From Fimbriosthenelais zetlandica (lineage: Eukaryota), in assembly GCA_977030845.1 (NCBI GenBank), contig OZ365116.1:14198001-14262000 (forward strand): a stretch of DNA of 64,000 bases, given 5' to 3'. The stretch's first letter is position 1. The number at the start of each line of letters is the position of its first letter. A program made the translations under genes and the position numbers. Shown piece by piece: positions 61,016 through 64,000 of this stretch. The notes under the pieces were generated by a model. That model saw only the letters and a list, made by a program, of their open reading frames with translations, was not told the DNA's origin and searched no databases.

Positions 61016-62235
61016 ATAGTAAAACAGAGTATTAAAATATTCAAGGATTCTTCAACAACTCAGGGTCAGTACTCAATGGGACAAATTCAGTTGGGTATCT
61101 TCAGAAGTAGATTTGCCTTTCCTTACAGGATATTGTACTTGCTGAAGTGAAGCACACTTGTTGTAGGAATTAAGCCATAATTACGTCTAGCATGCCGCGA
61201 TCAGCCTAGCTTTAGCACTCACATTTCACTAATGAATTCATGAAGTAATTAAACCTCAATGAAGCAGCGAAACTAATAAAAAAAGAAATAAATTAAATCA
61301 AATGAATAAGTCTTTGCAGCCACTGCCGCTGCTACTGGCAAGGTCCCCTCTTGCATGGGAAAATCCATCAAAGCTGCATGCTTACAATATTCAACACTTA
61401 TTCCTTTACATTGCCAGCACATAGACTTAGGAAGCCGCTAATGTTTCAGCTAAATAGTATTTTTATCCATAAATGATCTGATAAGATTAAATCATCTACG
61501 ATACTATGATATAAATGTATTTCCTGAAGAAATATCGTCCTAATTCAAAGACAGATGCGTCTTCAGGTTTCACATTAGATAAATACAAAATGCCTCAAAG
61601 GTTAGTGCAAGTCGACAGGGACATATGGATATAGAATATACATATTGCCTCGTGATTCTATGTAAAATGTGACTTTGTGAAAACATACACAGGTCGCCAT
61701 GTGCCTTAGCTTCACATTGATCATATTCCCCGAGCACGAAAAGCGAATGCTGCGGCTTCTACTTCTCTTCAGGCAGATTTTTTTTAACAGAGGATTTGCA
61801 TCAGAAAGTATTTTCTTGTCCCATCTTAAAGGTTACTTATAATGGGTCTGTGAAATAGAGATGTGACTGGATGGGAGAGATGGCAGTGGATAGATGGGTA
61901 CATAGAGTGCACTTGGAAATGACGAGAGAAGAGACAGTACAAGAAATAAAGGGACCAGGGACAGGTTAAAATAGGAGCTAATATTCCGGAGGAGCTCGGT
62001 GGTTTTTTTTAGAAGAAATAAAAGAGCAGCAGGCTTGGGCATGTAGAGTGAGGTGGGTGGCGGATGAGGTGGGGTATGGGGATGGGTTGAGGTTGTTATC
62101 TCCCGTATCTTTGCATGGAGATAGAAGGATGAACGTGACATATTGACTTCTATAATGAACGGTGGGTTGGAGGGGAAAGGCCCAGACTGCATGGCCAGGG
62201 CAACCACAAGTGAAAGGAATCATCTTTCTTTTCTT

Positions 62236-62292
62236 ATATTTTTCACATTTTCTGATATTTTTCACATTTTCTGATATTTTTCACATTTTCTG
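62236..62292 (+). repeat. 19-bp tandem repeat, three copies
   Basis: atatttttcacattttctg three times, perfect. Confidence 0.95.
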
Positions 62293-63483
62293 TAATCAGA
62301 GGCAGTAGAGGAGTGTTGGCTTTAATAAGTTGAGCTGTAGATCAGGAATCGGTGAGGCTTCTCCCTTGCTGTGAAGGGCAAGAGGTGAGGTGACCCTATC
62401 ACCATGACAAGAAGGCTATCTCCTCCTCCACACAGACTCTATCTCTCCTCCAGGGGGTCTCGCTCCAGCATCCTTCCCATCCACTGATACCACTGATCTC
62501 CTCATACAGGTCATATACCTACATGTACTTTAACTATATACTCTTGAATTTCTTTCAATCCCAGCTTCTTAAGTTGCATTGTTTGATCCATAGATCTTTA
62601 TTTTTTGCTCTTTTCATTACTAATTTTGACTAAATATTTACACCATGTAAATATATATTTGATTTTTTAATCTTTGAGGGTATATTGCACAGGCCATTAA
62701 CTTATTGAGTCAGTTTTGTAACGACAATTAACATTATAAATATATATTATAAAATATATTAACCGCATGTTATGTTCTATTGAACGGACCTTCACTAAAG
62801 GACTGGAGAGCTACACCTTCATTTAATTGGATTTAGGAGTTGGTTTAGAGTCCAGCTGGTGATGGGTCAAGATAGGTTTGTTTGTTGATCTAAGGGAGAG
62901 CTTATCGCACCTTATCAGGTGAAGGCCACTGAGATCCCATCCAGACTGAAGCATAAATCCACCTCCAGTCAAATACATCCACATCAACCTGCATGAAAGC
63001 CAAGCTCAGGTCAGACACGCTTCAACCCAAAGATGCATTCAAACCAAAGGTAATGAGAATTTATGGAGGGCAAGGTCTGAATATTTTTCCATCATAAAAG
63101 AAGGATCCCCAGGACAGGTTTGGTATATATGATGAGGCCAAATGCCCGGGTATCAGGGCTTTATTTACTGGCACTTAAGCTACCTATTTTTGCTAAGAAA
63201 ACTACTTAATGGTGTGGAGATAATGGCTTATCTTCAGCTATAGATCAGTATACATGAGGCAGCCCACCTGGCTGAGGCCCTGGGCAGGCCTTAATAAGGA
63301 TATAGCACTGATATAAACAAGGTGTGGATGGAATCATTGACACCTGTCCCCACCATAAAGCTGAATTATAGATAAAGCCCCGGCCAGCAACAGACGCATG
63401 GTTATAAGTGATTAACCACATGGCCAGGCGCAGGTGGGTATTTACATACTGTATGATGGGCCGACATTGATTAGTCCAGGCAG

Positions 63484-63568
63484 GAAAATACTGTATTATA
63501 AAGCGGAAATACTGTATAATAAAGCGAAAATACTGTATTATAAGTAAAAATACAGTATTTATAAAGCG
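63484..63568 (+). repeat. About 21-bp tandem repeat, four copies, with near-palindromic core
   Basis: gaaaatactgtattataaagc-like units. The core AATAC(T/A)GTATT reads the same on both strands apart from the central base. Confidence 0.85.
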
Positions 63569-64000
63569 ACGTCAATTACGCCCTTTCAATTTTGTACAAA
63601 TCCTTGGTCAATCAATGCAGAAAAACTTGGAAATTTAGTTATAATTCACTAGAAATTAACCAGGGGACACTTTAATAAAACTGGGAGAAAATTATGTTTT
63701 CAAAATCCAGAGTAAATGATGGAGATAAGTGGGTATTTATCATATTAGTTATGATTAAGATATCAGATATCAATAACATCAGCATTCTTCTCCCCATGCT
63801 TCAATCCGCATAATATTGATTTCCAGGGAAAGAATAAGAAAAATGATTTTCACTTCCCTTTAGAAACACTGAGGCAAAATGAAATGAAAGTGAACCTCAC
63901 TTCAAACGCTGGTCACTTTGATAAAACCCTGTCAAGTGTTTCCGGTTGGGGAAAGCCACCCAAAACCAGAGCCTGGCATGAAATGTGGATTGCAATTAAT

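Noticed and set aside
718-62265. The roughly 130 short ORFs in the supplied six-frame track, including the longest (27907-28302, 131 aa)
   Set aside because: They are short, overlap on both strands, are low-complexity or intron-like in composition, and show no recognisable domains. This is the expected background in non-coding eukaryotic DNA. Only segments bounded by splice sites were kept.
1-64000. Conserved bilaterian miRNAs, snRNAs, 5S or other rRNA
   Set aside because: None recognised by eye on either strand. An Infernal/Rfam and MirGeneDB search is needed to exclude them properly.

Overview
This is eukaryotic, animal-like genomic DNA. It is roughly 40% GC by eye and CpG-depleted overall, with local CpG-retaining patches. 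The window is almost entirely non-coding: there is no long ORF, and nearly all ORFs in the supplied track look spurious. Well-supported features: one intact tRNA-His(GUG) gene (23622-23693, minus) with a T7 terminator; two in-phase spliced coding exons (17018-16872 and 16745-16659, minus) of a gene I cannot identify, plus weaker candidate exons reaching to about 40 kb; a 191-bp foldback MITE with TA target-site duplication (TSD); three diverged copies of a hAT-like MITE; a 344-bp retroposed insertion with a 17-bp L1-type TSD and two poly(A) tracts; and many minisatellites and local duplications. Weaker calls: a poly(A)-tailed LINE-like 3' end beside the tRNA, a very degraded Gypsy integrase relic, and several promoter- or enhancer-like motif clusters (NRF1/ETS/YY1/CCAAT, tandem CACGTG, an ACGT cluster, TAAT clusters). 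Leads most worth following up: the tRNA-adjacent LINE end, the twin-poly(A) insertion, a candidate recursive-splice site with RS-exon at 49.7 kb, a minisatellite built from splice donors, an E-box/bZIP/nuclear-receptor module at 44.4-45.4 kb, and a quasi-periodic alternation of AT-rich and strand-skewed GC-rich patches across the window. No CRISPR array, rRNA or recognisable named gene was found. All calls were made by eye, without database searches.
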